A stretch of 63,462 bases of DNA, the filler included, from Acidimicrobiia bacterium (GTDB lineage: Bacteria > Actinomycetota > Acidimicrobiia > Spongiisociales > SHLN01): the NCBI GenBank assembly GCA_041619515.1. It is 3 parts of 3 records of this genome, joined end to end, with 100 filler letters (N's around TTAATTAATTAA, not from the genome) between each part and the next. Parts side by side here need not be neighbours in the genome. Positions count along the whole stretch, not along the records: positions 26,701 to 52,934 come from JBFKDW010000040.1; positions 53,035 to 63,462 come from JBFKDW010000091.1; 1 more part is not named here. One strand, 5' to 3'. Below, one piece after another: positions 51,789 to 60,560 of the stretch (the first letter of the stretch is position 1; every line of letters begins with the position of its first letter). A program made the translations under genes and the position numbers. The notes beneath the pieces were generated by a model that saw only the letters and a list, made by a program, of their open reading frames with translations, ran no database searches and was not told the DNA's origin.

Positions 51789-52934
51789 TCAGCCGTCGAG
51801 GGATCCGGTGTCCGAGGCTCGCGCCACGCGGCGGCCCTCGTCGACGTCTACCCGGCGCAGCAGCAGGCCTCCCGCGATGAAGAACACGATGATGGCGAGC
51901 ACTGCCGGCCGGCTGGACCCGAAGGCCTGGACGGCCATGAAGAAGACGAGCGGTCCGATGAGGGCGGAGAATTTCGACATGATGGAGAAGAATCCGAAGA
52001 ACTCTCCGCTCTGGGAGGCGGGAGACATGGAGGCGTAGAGGCTGCGACTCAGCGCCTGACTGCCTCCCTGCACGGTCGCCACCATGAAGGCGAGGAACCA
52101 GAACTCGATGACGGCATTGAGGATGAAGCCCCACACTGCGATCACCGAATACACGAGCAGGGACAGGAGGATGGTGTGCTTGGTGTCGAACCGATCGACG
52201 AGGCCGCTCATGAGTCGCTTGCCGGGCCCGGCGGCAAAGCCGAGGCCGAGCAACTGGAGGGCAGCCAGCAGGCCGAGGATGGTCCCGAGGCTGGAGGTCC
52301 GGGTGGGGTCGAGCACCTCGATGCGGCCGACCGCCATGACGGTTCCACTCCGCTCCCGATCGAGGTTGCGGAGGTTGATGAGCACCAGCTCGTGTTCGCC
52401 GGGGCTTCCCACGTCGACTCGGGCTACCTCCTCGAATCGTTCGGTGCTGTTGTAGGCATCGATGGTGAGGCCGTCTTCGCCGGTCGGCTCGCTGATGTCG
52501 GGTGAGAAGCCGTCGATGGTGAAGCCGTCGATGTCGATCGGTTCCAAGCCGTCCACGAGCACTGCGTAGCTGGCTCCGTCGGGCCCGCTTCGATACGTGA
52601 TCTCGATCTCCCGCCCGGTGAAGAAGAACCTGAGCTGGGCGCCGGTTGAATCGGTGAAGGCGTAATCGCGGCGAGCGCCGGTGCCGAGCTCGTCCTCGGT
52701 TCGGAGCTCCCAGGCCCCGGTGGGAGGGAGCACTGCGAAGCTATCCAGCCCGTATTCGCCCTCGCCGAGAAACTGGCCCGAGGTCTCGAAGGGGGCTCCG
52801 GGCCGTCCGACGGTGTCGGCGTCGAGTACCCGGGCGCCGACGATGCCGACCAGCGGGAGCGCCAGCAGGTTGAACACGATGAAGGCGAGAAAGGCCCGCC
52901 GGCGTTCCTCAGTGGGATCGGGTATTCGCCCGAA
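51789..52934 (-). CDS. Tandem paralog of the insertion-bearing MFS transporter (5'-truncated at gap)
   Basis: Same insert and the QGGSQALSRSLY/GEFFGFF motifs; frame open to the gap. Confidence 0.9.
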   Translation of the reverse strand, partial: FGRIPDPTEERRRAFLAFIVFNLLALPLVGIVGARVLDADTVGRPGAPFETSGQFLGEGEYGLDSFAVLPPTGAWELRTEDELGTGARRDYAFTDSTGAQLRFFFTGREIEITYRSGPDGASYAVLVDGLEPIDIDGFTIDGFSPDISEPTGEDGLTIDAYNSTERFEEVARVDVGSPGEHELVLINLRNLDRERSGTVMAVGRIEVLDPTRTSSLGTILGLLAALQLLGLGFAAGPGKRLMSGLVDRFDTKHTILLSLLVYSVIAVWGFILNAVIEFWFLAFMVATVQGGSQALSRSLYASMSPASQSGEFFGFFSIMSKFSALIGPLVFFMAVQAFGSSRPAVLAIIVFFIAGGLLLRRVDVDEGRRVARASDTGSLDG

Positions 52935-53034
52935 NNNNNNNNNNNNNNNNNNNNNNNNNNNNNNNNNNNNNNNNNNNNTTAATTAATTAANNNNNNNNNN
53001 NNNNNNNNNNNNNNNNNNNNNNNNNNNNNNNNNN
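52935..53034. other. Artificial contig linker
   Basis: N runs flanking TTAATTAATTAA. Confidence 0.97.
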
Positions 53035-53109
53035 AGGCTCGCCGAACCAGGGGGTCGGGTCGGTGGCGGCGTCTCCCAGAGCCTGTAGGCAGCTCACTAG
53101 CCTCGCGGC

Positions 53110-54375
53110 ATGGATCATTTCGAGAATCTGACCGCCGACCGCCCTACGTTCGTCACACATCTGGAGTGCAGCGCGACCGGCACTCGCTACGAGCCGGACC
53201 GCTTGTACGGACTGTCGGAGGCGGGCAAGCCGCTGCTGGTGCGCTACGACCTGGACGGCATCGCCGCAGCCATCGACAAGGAAACCCTCGCAGCACGACC
53301 GCCGGACATGTGGCGCTACCGCGAGTTCCTCCCCGTCCGGTCGAGCGACAGCATCATCTCCCTGGGAGAAGTCATGACACCCCTGGTGCCGCTTGCCCAT
53401 ACCGAGCGGCGCACCGGGGCGACCTCGGTGATCGTGAAGGACGAATCGCGGCTCCCGACCGCCTCATTCAAGGCGCGGGGACTTGCCATGGCCGTTGCGA
53501 TGGCCAACGAGCTGGGGGTGAAGCGCCTGGCGATGCCGACCAACGGCAACGCGGGAGCCGCCCTCGCCGCCTATGGAAGCCGGGCCGGCATGGAGGTGTA
53601 CGTCTTCTGTCCGGCCGACACCCCTGAAGTCAACGTCCGGGAGATCGCTCTCCAGGGCGCCCAGGTGTGGCGGGTCAACGGGCTCATCAACGACTGCGGC
53701 AAGATCGTCGCCGGGGGGAAGGACGAGATGGACTGGTTCGACTTCTCCACGCTCAAGGAGCCCTACCGCATCGAGGGCAAGAAGACCATGGGGCTCGAGC
53801 TGGCCGAGCAGCTCGACTGGGATCTCCCTGACGTCATCTTCTATCCGACCGGAGGCGGCACCGGGATCATCGGCATGTGGAAGGCCTTCAACGAGCTGGA
53901 AGCGATGGGTTGGATCTCCAAGAAGCCGCGTATGGTGGCGGTCCAGGCCGAAGGGTGCGCCCCGATCGTGAAGGCGTACGACTCGGGAGCCGACCACGCC
54001 GAGCTGTGGCAGGACGCGGCCACCGTCGCCGCCGGAATACGCGTCCCGGCCGCCATCGGAGACTTCCTCATCCTCGAAGCGGTCCGGGAGAGCGGGGGCT
54101 TCGCAATCGCCGTATCCGACGAGTCGATCCTGGACGCGCAGGTGACGGCGGCCCAGCGCGACGGCGTGCTGATGAGCCCGGAGGGGGCGGCCACCATGGC
54201 TGGCTTCGAGCAGGCGCTGGCGACCGGCCGCATCGAGGCCGGCGAGCGGGTGCTGCTGTTCAATTGCGGACACGGGCTGAAATACCCGATGCCGCCCTCC
54301 GATCAGGCCCTCGACCACACCCGGCCGATCGACTATGCGGCTCTGGCTGCGGCCGCCCGGGGTTCGAGCATCTGA
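53110..54375 (+). CDS. Threonine synthase-family PLP enzyme (fold type II); context suggests sulfonate metabolism
   Basis: MWRY, PTASFKARG (PLP Lys), TNGNAG, EGKKT, PTGGGTG. Confidence 0.9.
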   Translation: MDHFENLTADRPTFVTHLECSATGTRYEPDRLYGLSEAGKPLLVRYDLDGIAAAIDKETLAARPPDMWRYREFLPVRSSDSIISLGEVMTPLVPLAHTERRTGATSVIVKDESRLPTASFKARGLAMAVAMANELGVKRLAMPTNGNAGAALAAYGSRAGMEVYVFCPADTPEVNVREIALQGAQVWRVNGLINDCGKIVAGGKDEMDWFDFSTLKEPYRIEGKKTMGLELAEQLDWDLPDVIFYPTGGGTGIIGMWKAFNELEAMGWISKKPRMVAVQAEGCAPIVKAYDSGADHAELWQDAATVAAGIRVPAAIGDFLILEAVRESGGFAIAVSDESILDAQVTAAQRDGVLMSPEGAATMAGFEQALATGRIEAGERVLLFNCGHGLKYPMPPSDQALDHTRPIDYAALAAAARGSSI

Positions 54376-54376
54376 C

Positions 54377-55309
54377 GTGGCCGAGATCGTGATCACCGAG
54401 TTCATGGACGAGGACGGAGTGGCGGCACTGGCCGCCGACTTCGACGTCCACTACGACCCCGGCCTGGTCGACGACCCGGCAAAAGTGGTAAGCCTGCTGG
54501 CCGCAGCCCGGGCCCTCGTCGTCCGCAACCGCACGCAGGTCGGCCTCGACCTCCTGGAGGCCGCCCCCCATCTGGAGGTCGTGGGACGGCTCGGAGTGGG
54601 GCTCGACAACATCGACGTCGACGCCTGCCGTGAGCGGGGAGTGGCGGTGCGAGCGGCGGGGGCAGCCAACGCCAACGCCGTGGCCGAGTACGTGATCGGG
54701 GCCGCCCTCAGCCTGGTCCGGCCGGCTCTTCGACAATCCGGTCGGGTGATTGCCGGGGAGTGGCCTCGCCAGGAGCTCGTGGGGGCGGAACTTGCCGGAC
54801 GGCGGCTCGGCCTGATCGGCCTCGGAGCCATTGCCCGCCTGGTGGCACGCAAGGCTGCCGCGCTCGAGATGGTGGTCACCGCCCACGACCCGGTGCTCGA
54901 TCCCTCCGATCCGGCCTGGCAGCTGGCGGAGCGAAGCGACCTGGCCGCCCTGCTTGCCGGAGCCGATGTCATCAGCCTTCACGTTCCGCTTCTCGAATCC
55001 ACCCGGTACCTGATCGACGCCCCAGCCGTTGCCGCGATGAAGGACGACGCGGTGCTCATCAACACCGCGCGGGGCGGGATCGTCGACGAAGAGGCGGTTC
55101 TCGCGGCGCTGCGGGCTGGCACCCTGGGCGGGGCCGCCCTCGACGTGTTCGAAACCGAACCGGTCGGCCCCGATCAACACGCCCGGTTTGCCGGCGTACC
55201 CAATCTGATCCTGACTCCGCACATTGCCGGGCTCACCGAGGAGGCGCAGCGGCGGGTGGGCGAGGTCACCGTCGAGAACGTGCGCACCGTGCTGGCAGGG
55301 GGACACTGA
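54377..55309 (+). CDS. slcC: D-2-hydroxyacid dehydrogenase, (S)-sulfolactate dehydrogenase-like
   Basis: ITEFMD, VRNRT, GRLGVGLDNID, AGEWPRQ, NTARG, TPHIAG. The N-terminal motifs match my recollection of SlcC. Confidence 0.75.
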   Translation: MAEIVITEFMDEDGVAALAADFDVHYDPGLVDDPAKVVSLLAAARALVVRNRTQVGLDLLEAAPHLEVVGRLGVGLDNIDVDACRERGVAVRAAGAANANAVAEYVIGAALSLVRPALRQSGRVIAGEWPRQELVGAELAGRRLGLIGLGAIARLVARKAAALEMVVTAHDPVLDPSDPAWQLAERSDLAALLAGADVISLHVPLLESTRYLIDAPAVAAMKDDAVLINTARGGIVDEEAVLAALRAGTLGGAALDVFETEPVGPDQHARFAGVPNLILTPHIAGLTEEAQRRVGEVTVENVRTVLAGGH

Positions 55310-56208
55310 TGGCGACCGTCGTGTGCGTCGGCATCGCCGTGCTCGACTTGTTGTTCCAGATGGATGAGCTGCCGGCCGGTGGCGGCAAGTATTACGCCAC
55401 CGGGTATCGGGAAGTGGGTGGTGGCGTCGCCGCCAACGCCGCGGTGGCGGTTGCCGCCCTCGGTGGAAACTCCCGCTATGTCGGACGGGTCGGGGCCGAC
55501 CCCGTTGGGTCCCGAATCGTCGCCGGCCTCGCCGCCAGTCACGTCGACGTGAGCGGCGTCGAGATCCGCCGCGGCGTCGGCTCCCCGCTGTCGGCTGTGC
55601 TGGTCGACGCGGCGGGGGAGCGGATCATCATCAACCACACGAGTGACGACCTATTCGCCGGAGACGACCCGGGAACCGCCGGTGACATTGAGGGTGCCGA
55701 CGCAGTGCTCGTCGATGTGCGCTGGCCGGTGGGGGCGGTGACGGCCTTGCAGGCCGCGGCGAGTGTCGGCATCCCCGCAGTGTTCGACTTCGACCGTCCG
55801 ATGGCCGACGGAGGGGCGAATCTGCTCGACCGGGCTACCCATGTCGTGTGCTCGCAAGCTGCGCTGGCGGCGACGACCGGGACCGACGATCCCGAAGCGG
55901 GCTTGCGGGAGCTTGGGGAAAGAACGACCGCGTGGCTGGCGGTGACCGCTGGAGGCGCCGGCATGTGGTGGCTCGACGGGGGCGACGTCCATCATCTCCC
56001 GGCATTTCCGGTGGATGTGGTCGACACCGTCGGCGCCGGCGACGTCTTCCACGGCGCGTTCGCGCTGGCCCTGGCCGAGGGAAGTGCCGCTCCCGAGGCG
56101 GCGCGCTTCGCCTCAGCCGCCGCCGCCCTCAAGTGCTCCCGACCCGGGGGCCGGGAAGGGACACCAGGACGCCACGAGGTCGAAGCGCTCCTGAAGGGCC
56201 GGGGCTGA
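55309..56208 (+). CDS. PfkB kinase, sulfofructose kinase (YihV)-like
   Basis: VVCVGIAVLD, GGGVAANAA, DVRW, DTVGAGDVFHGAFA, AALKC; TGATG coupling. Confidence 0.85.
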   Translation: MATVVCVGIAVLDLLFQMDELPAGGGKYYATGYREVGGGVAANAAVAVAALGGNSRYVGRVGADPVGSRIVAGLAASHVDVSGVEIRRGVGSPLSAVLVDAAGERIIINHTSDDLFAGDDPGTAGDIEGADAVLVDVRWPVGAVTALQAAASVGIPAVFDFDRPMADGGANLLDRATHVVCSQAALAATTGTDDPEAGLRELGERTTAWLAVTAGGAGMWWLDGGDVHHLPAFPVDVVDTVGAGDVFHGAFALALAEGSAAPEAARFASAAAALKCSRPGGREGTPGRHEVEALLKGRG

Positions 56209-57248
56209 TGGAGGCCGGCAAGCTGTGGGGAATGCGGCGCTTGGCCGATGCGGCGGGACGGTTCAAGATGCTGGCGGTTGATCAGCGCCCGCCGATCGAG
56301 AACCTGATCGCCGAACGACGCGGCCTGGATTCGGCACCCTACGAGGATGTATGCGCCTTCAAGGCGCTGCTCGTCGAAGAGCTGGCTCCGCTCGCCTCCG
56401 CCTCGCTGCTCGATCCCCATTTTGCGTATCCGGCAGCCGTGCACCTGGTCCCTCCTTCCGGCGGCCTGCTGTTGACGCTGGAGGACTCCATCTTCGAGGA
56501 CACGGCGGAGGGGCGGCGGTCATCCGAGATCGACAACTGGAGCGTCGAGCAGATAAAACGCGCCGGCGGAGACGCCGTCAAAGTGCTCGCCTGGTACCGG
56601 CCCGACGCCGGTGAGGGGGTGCGGGAGCATCAGCACGAGCTCGTACAACGCATCGGCGACGCCTGCCGTCGTTACGACCTGCCCTTTGTTTTCGAGCTGC
56701 TGGTCTACCCCTTCCTCGGTCGGCCCGCGCATACCGTCGACTATGTCGAAGACGTCGCCAAGCGAGCAGAGGACGTCGTGGCCAGCGTCGAAGCCTTCGC
56801 CGGTCCCGAATACGGCGTCGACCTCTTCAAGCTCGAGAGCCCACTCCCGGCCCCGGCGGTGCCCGACCGGGCAGCCGACGACGGCTCCGTCCAGGCGGCC
56901 TTCGACGCTGTGGGCAGGGCAGCCGGGCGGCCGTGGGTGATGCTGTCGGCCGGAGCCACCAAGGAGGCATTCGGCCGGGTGCTCGAGTATGCCTACGCGG
57001 CCGGCGCCAGCGGATACCTGGCCGGCCGGGCCATCTGGTGGGATGCCTGCCAGGTGTTCCCGGACCTGGAGGCCATGCGGGGCCGCCTGAAGGTGGAGTC
57101 GGTCCCGTACATGGAGCAGCTCAATCGGCTGACAGATGCCGCCGCCATCCCCTGGACCGAGCAGGCCGGCGTGCTCGGCACTCCAACGCTGGACCGAGCC
57201 GGGCCTGGTTTCCGGGCGGGATACGCCGGATTTGGGAGCGGCCGATGA
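56208..57248 (+). CDS. Class I tagatose-bisphosphate/sulfofructosephosphate aldolase (LacD/YihT family)
   Basis: MLAVDQR, LLDP, DAVK, DLFKLE, WVMLSAG, GYLAGRAIW. Confidence 0.88.
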   Translation: MEAGKLWGMRRLADAAGRFKMLAVDQRPPIENLIAERRGLDSAPYEDVCAFKALLVEELAPLASASLLDPHFAYPAAVHLVPPSGGLLLTLEDSIFEDTAEGRRSSEIDNWSVEQIKRAGGDAVKVLAWYRPDAGEGVREHQHELVQRIGDACRRYDLPFVFELLVYPFLGRPAHTVDYVEDVAKRAEDVVASVEAFAGPEYGVDLFKLESPLPAPAVPDRAADDGSVQAAFDAVGRAAGRPWVMLSAGATKEAFGRVLEYAYAAGASGYLAGRAIWWDACQVFPDLEAMRGRLKVESVPYMEQLNRLTDAAAIPWTEQAGVLGTPTLDRAGPGFRAGYAGFGSGR

Positions 57249-58651
57249 CGGTCGGTGCCATCGCCCTGGGCCGCCCCACCTTCGACGTCGATTACGCCGA
57301 GACGGTGGCGGAAGCCGGCTTCGGTGTCCTGTCCGAGATTGCCCCCGGCTTCGTCGGCGGCCGTGATGTGTTGTTCGACGCAGCCAGCACGGCTCAGGCG
57401 ATCCGTGACCTCGAGTCGGCCGATCTGTCTGCTCTGGTCGTGCTGCAGGTGACGTTCACGGACGCAACGATGACCAGGGAGCTGGCTGCCGCCATCGAGG
57501 CCCCCCTGATCCTGTGGGCCTTCCCGGAGGATCGGACCGGCGAGCGGCTCCGGCTCAACGCCCTGTGCGGCATCAACCTGGCCGCCCATGCGCTGAGGAG
57601 GATGGGCCGGGACTTCTCGTACCTGTACCTGCGGGCCGATGACCGCCGCGCTCCGGCCGAGTTGCAGCGGCTGCTCGCAGGAGGTGTGAACCTCGATTCG
57701 GCGGTCCGCATCATCCCGGGTGCCGATGAGCTCTCCAGCAGCGCGGTGGAGGCCGCCGAACGGGTCGAGGAAGCGCTCGACGGGCTTCGCACCGGCCTGG
57801 TGGGTGATTACCCCGATGGGTTCGATCCGTGCCGCTACGACGCCGAAGTCGTCAAGCAACTCACCGGGGTGACGGTCGATCGCATCGAGCTGGCCGACCT
57901 GTTTGCCGCCGCCGATCGCACCGACGCCGCAACCCTCATCGAGACCCGGGCGAGGGCCGAGGTGGCCCTCGGCCCGCTCGACGGTTTCGATCAGGAAGCA
58001 CTCGATCACAGCCTCAGGATCTACGGCGGATTGCGTGATCTGGCCGCCGCCCGGGAATGGTCGGGGGTGGCTACCCGCTGCTGGCCGGAGTGCTTCACCG
58101 AGTACGGAGGGGCAGCGTGCGCTCCGCAGGCCATGCTCACCGATGACGGTGTTCCCGGCATGTGTGAGGCCGACGTCTACGGCAACCTCACCAGCCTCAT
58201 TCTGCAGGAGCTGGCAGGGGAGGCTCCGTTTGTGGCGGATCTGGTCGATATCGACACCGCCGACGGAAGCGGGGTCTTCTGGCATTGCGGCCTGGCTCCC
58301 CTCAGCATGGCGGACCCCGCCTCCGACGTGACCGCCGCGGTGCACTCCAATCGGCGGATGCCGCTGCTCCACGAGTTCCCGCTCAAGCCGGGACGGGTCA
58401 CCATTGCCAGGCTCAGCCAGGCAGGTGATGTCCACAAGCTGGTCGTGGGCGGCGGTGAGATGCTGGCCGAGCCGCTGCCGTTCTCTGGGACGGCAGGCAC
58501 GGTGAGGTTCGACAAGCCGGCGGCCGACGTCCTGGCGACGATAATGACCGAAGGCCTCGAGCACCATTACGGCCTGGTCTACGGCGAGTACGAGGAGGAG
58601 CTCCTCGCCCTTGCCGCCCGCTGGGACCTGCCCATTGTGAGCCTGACCTAG
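57245..58651 (+). CDS. L-fucose/L-arabinose isomerase-family protein (candidate sulfoquinovose isomerase, SqvD/SftI-like)
   Basis: RLNALCG, RCWPE, CEADVYG, WHCG, KPGRVT-x-ARL, GLEHH; ATGA coupling. Confidence 0.82.
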   Translation: MTVGAIALGRPTFDVDYAETVAEAGFGVLSEIAPGFVGGRDVLFDAASTAQAIRDLESADLSALVVLQVTFTDATMTRELAAAIEAPLILWAFPEDRTGERLRLNALCGINLAAHALRRMGRDFSYLYLRADDRRAPAELQRLLAGGVNLDSAVRIIPGADELSSSAVEAAERVEEALDGLRTGLVGDYPDGFDPCRYDAEVVKQLTGVTVDRIELADLFAAADRTDAATLIETRARAEVALGPLDGFDQEALDHSLRIYGGLRDLAAAREWSGVATRCWPECFTEYGGAACAPQAMLTDDGVPGMCEADVYGNLTSLILQELAGEAPFVADLVDIDTADGSGVFWHCGLAPLSMADPASDVTAAVHSNRRMPLLHEFPLKPGRVTIARLSQAGDVHKLVVGGGEMLAEPLPFSGTAGTVRFDKPAADVLATIMTEGLEHHYGLVYGEYEEELLALAARWDLPIVSLT

Positions 58652-58691
58652 TGCCGCCGGTGTGGCAGGACTCCCGCGAAAGGAACCACTG

Positions 58692-59801
58692 GTGACCGAG
58701 CAGATACGGTACGGAATCATCGGTGCCGGCATCATGGGCATCGAACACATCCAGAACGTGAACAACCTGGAAGACGCCCGGGTGGTAGCGATCGCCGATC
58801 CCGCCGAGAGCTCGCGAGCCTGGGGGACGGCCGAGTCGGCCGGTGAGGTTGAGCTCTTCGAGGACTATCGGGATCTGCTGGCAGCGGATCTGGTCGATGC
58901 CGTCGTGGTTGCCACCCCCAACATGACCCACGCCGACGTCATGGCCGACGTGCTCGAGGTCGACGGGCTCCACGTCATGGTCGAGAAGCCGCTGGCAACC
59001 TCGGTCGCCGACTGCCGCCGGATCATCTCGGCGGCTGAAGGGCGCACGGGCGTCGTCTGGGTCGGCCTGGAGTACCGCTACATGCCGGCGGCGGCGCGTC
59101 TCCTCACTGAGGTGGCGGAGGGAGCGGCCGGCAGGGTTCGGCAGGTGGCGATTCGAGAGCACCGCTTCCCGTTCCTACCCAAGATCGGGGACTGGAACCG
59201 CTTCAATCGCAACACCGGCGGGACCATGGTCGAGAAGTGCTGCCATTTCTTCGACCTCATGAACCTGATCACCCGAGCTCAGCCGGTCAGGGTCATGGCA
59301 AGTGGGGGCCAGGACTTCAACCACCTCGACGAGGTGTACGAGGGAGAGGTGCCCGATATTCTCGATGCCGCTCTCGTGATCTTCGAGTACGAGAACGGAG
59401 CCAGAGCGATGCTCGATTTGTGCATGTACGCCGAGGCGACGAAGCATCAGGAGGAGATCGCAGTTGTCGGCGATGCCGGCAAAGTTGAGGCTCTCACTCC
59501 CGGCCCGGTGCTGCGTGGCGGCGATCCGCGCCAGATCGTGCGAGTCGGCAACCGCGCTCGCTCGACCGTCGAGGAATTCGAGGTCACCGACGAGCGGATC
59601 CGATGGCAGGGCGGGCACCACGGAGCCAGCTACATCGAGCACCTCGAGTTCATCAATGCCATCCGGACCGGAACCCCCGCCGTGGTGGGTCTCGAGGAAG
59701 GCTTGCTGTCGGTAGCGATGGGGATCGCTGCCCAACACGCCATCGCCGAGCGGCGGGTCGTGGAGATGGAAGAAGTGCTCGGGCTCCGGGATCGCGTGTA
59801 G
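58692..59801 (+). CDS. sqgA: Gfo/Idh/MocA-fold enzyme, NAD+-dependent sulfoquinovosidase (GH188)-like
   Basis: EKP, LEYRY, EHRFPFLPK, WNRF, EKCCHFFDL, HHGASY. Confidence 0.75.
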   Translation: MTEQIRYGIIGAGIMGIEHIQNVNNLEDARVVAIADPAESSRAWGTAESAGEVELFEDYRDLLAADLVDAVVVATPNMTHADVMADVLEVDGLHVMVEKPLATSVADCRRIISAAEGRTGVVWVGLEYRYMPAAARLLTEVAEGAAGRVRQVAIREHRFPFLPKIGDWNRFNRNTGGTMVEKCCHFFDLMNLITRAQPVRVMASGGQDFNHLDEVYEGEVPDILDAALVIFEYENGARAMLDLCMYAEATKHQEEIAVVGDAGKVEALTPGPVLRGGDPRQIVRVGNRARSTVEEFEVTDERIRWQGGHHGASYIEHLEFINAIRTGTPAVVGLEEGLLSVAMGIAAQHAIAERRVVEMEEVLGLRDRV

Positions 59802-59868
59802 CGGCTCGTCGAACCTGACTCGCGCGCTGGTTGACCGGACCGGTCCTCCAAGCAAAGCTGGGCGGGGA

Positions 59869-59892
59869 GGGGCCCCGGCCACCCGGGGCCCC
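59869..59892. terminator. GC-rich hairpin between convergent genes
   Basis: Perfect 10-bp stem GGGGCCCCGG-CCAC-CCGGGGCCCC; no U tract. Confidence 0.6.
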
Positions 59893-59911
59893 CCGGCGCC
59901 TCAGTGCGGGC

Positions 59912-60397
59912 TCAGGACAGGTCGGCGCAGGCGATCTTGGGTGCCGGCGAGCCCTCCAGGACATGGACGACCACCGAGACCGCGTCCGGTCCTGCCGAGT
60001 AGTCGGCGGTGGCCTTGACGTTGGCTACTCCGGCCGCATTCGGGCTGAACGGTCCGCCCCCGGGCCAGATCTCGTTCGGCGGCGTGTCGCCGCCGCTCGG
60101 AACCTGCTGGAAGTGGCCACCGGCGTCACCGTCACCGCACGCTTGCTTGTGCACGTGCGATGCGTATTGCTTGGCCGGGTCGAGGCCTTTGATGTGGAGC
60201 TGCACCTTGGTAGTACCGTTGGCGCGCCGCACCATCGTGGCGTGACCGCTGATGTCATAGCCCAGGTCGATTCCGGCGGCGAACGTCGCCAGATCTCCCC
60301 GGCTCACCTCGGAGCTGCGCCCCAGTGCCGGCACCGTCAGCGCTGCCACCAGCGCCACCACCGCCACCATCAGGCTCCATCGCACCGATACAGACAT
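59912..60397 (-). CDS. Secreted Cu/Zn superoxide dismutase-fold protein
   Basis: Signal peptide, HVH-x3-C, GGHF, SVVVH, IACAD; AAGGAG RBS. Confidence 0.78.
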   Translation of the reverse strand: MSVSVRWSLMVAVVALVAALTVPALGRSSEVSRGDLATFAAGIDLGYDISGHATMVRRANGTTKVQLHIKGLDPAKQYASHVHKQACGDGDAGGHFQQVPSGGDTPPNEIWPGGGPFSPNAAGVANVKATADYSAGPDAVSVVVHVLEGSPAPKIACADLS

Positions 60398-60439
60398 GAT
60401 CACTCTCTCCTTCTTGGCCGCACGCTGCAGCCGTACTGA

Positions 60440-60471
60440 GACAGACGATCGCCTTCGAGACATGGGTGACA
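60440..60471 (-). promoter_or_regulatory. ECF-type promoter for the SOD-like gene
   Basis: TGTCACCC-N16-CGTCTGTC on the minus strand. Confidence 0.75.
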
Positions 60472-60501
60472 ACGTTGTGAAGCTTCGCCGGCCAAATCTC
60501 G

Positions 60502-60533
60502 TGTCACCCGGGCGCCGGTCTCGCTCGTCTGTC
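60502..60533 (+). promoter_or_regulatory. ECF-type (probably autoregulatory) promoter for the sigma operon
   Basis: TGTCACCC-N16-CGTCTGTC on the plus strand, boxes identical to the divergent copy. Confidence 0.75.
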
Positions 60534-60560
60534 ATGATGAGCCGTCGAAAGGAGCCTCAC

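Noticed and set aside
53110..54375. Assigning the symbol thrC
   Set aside because: The family is clear, but the operon context argues against assuming threonine biosynthesis.
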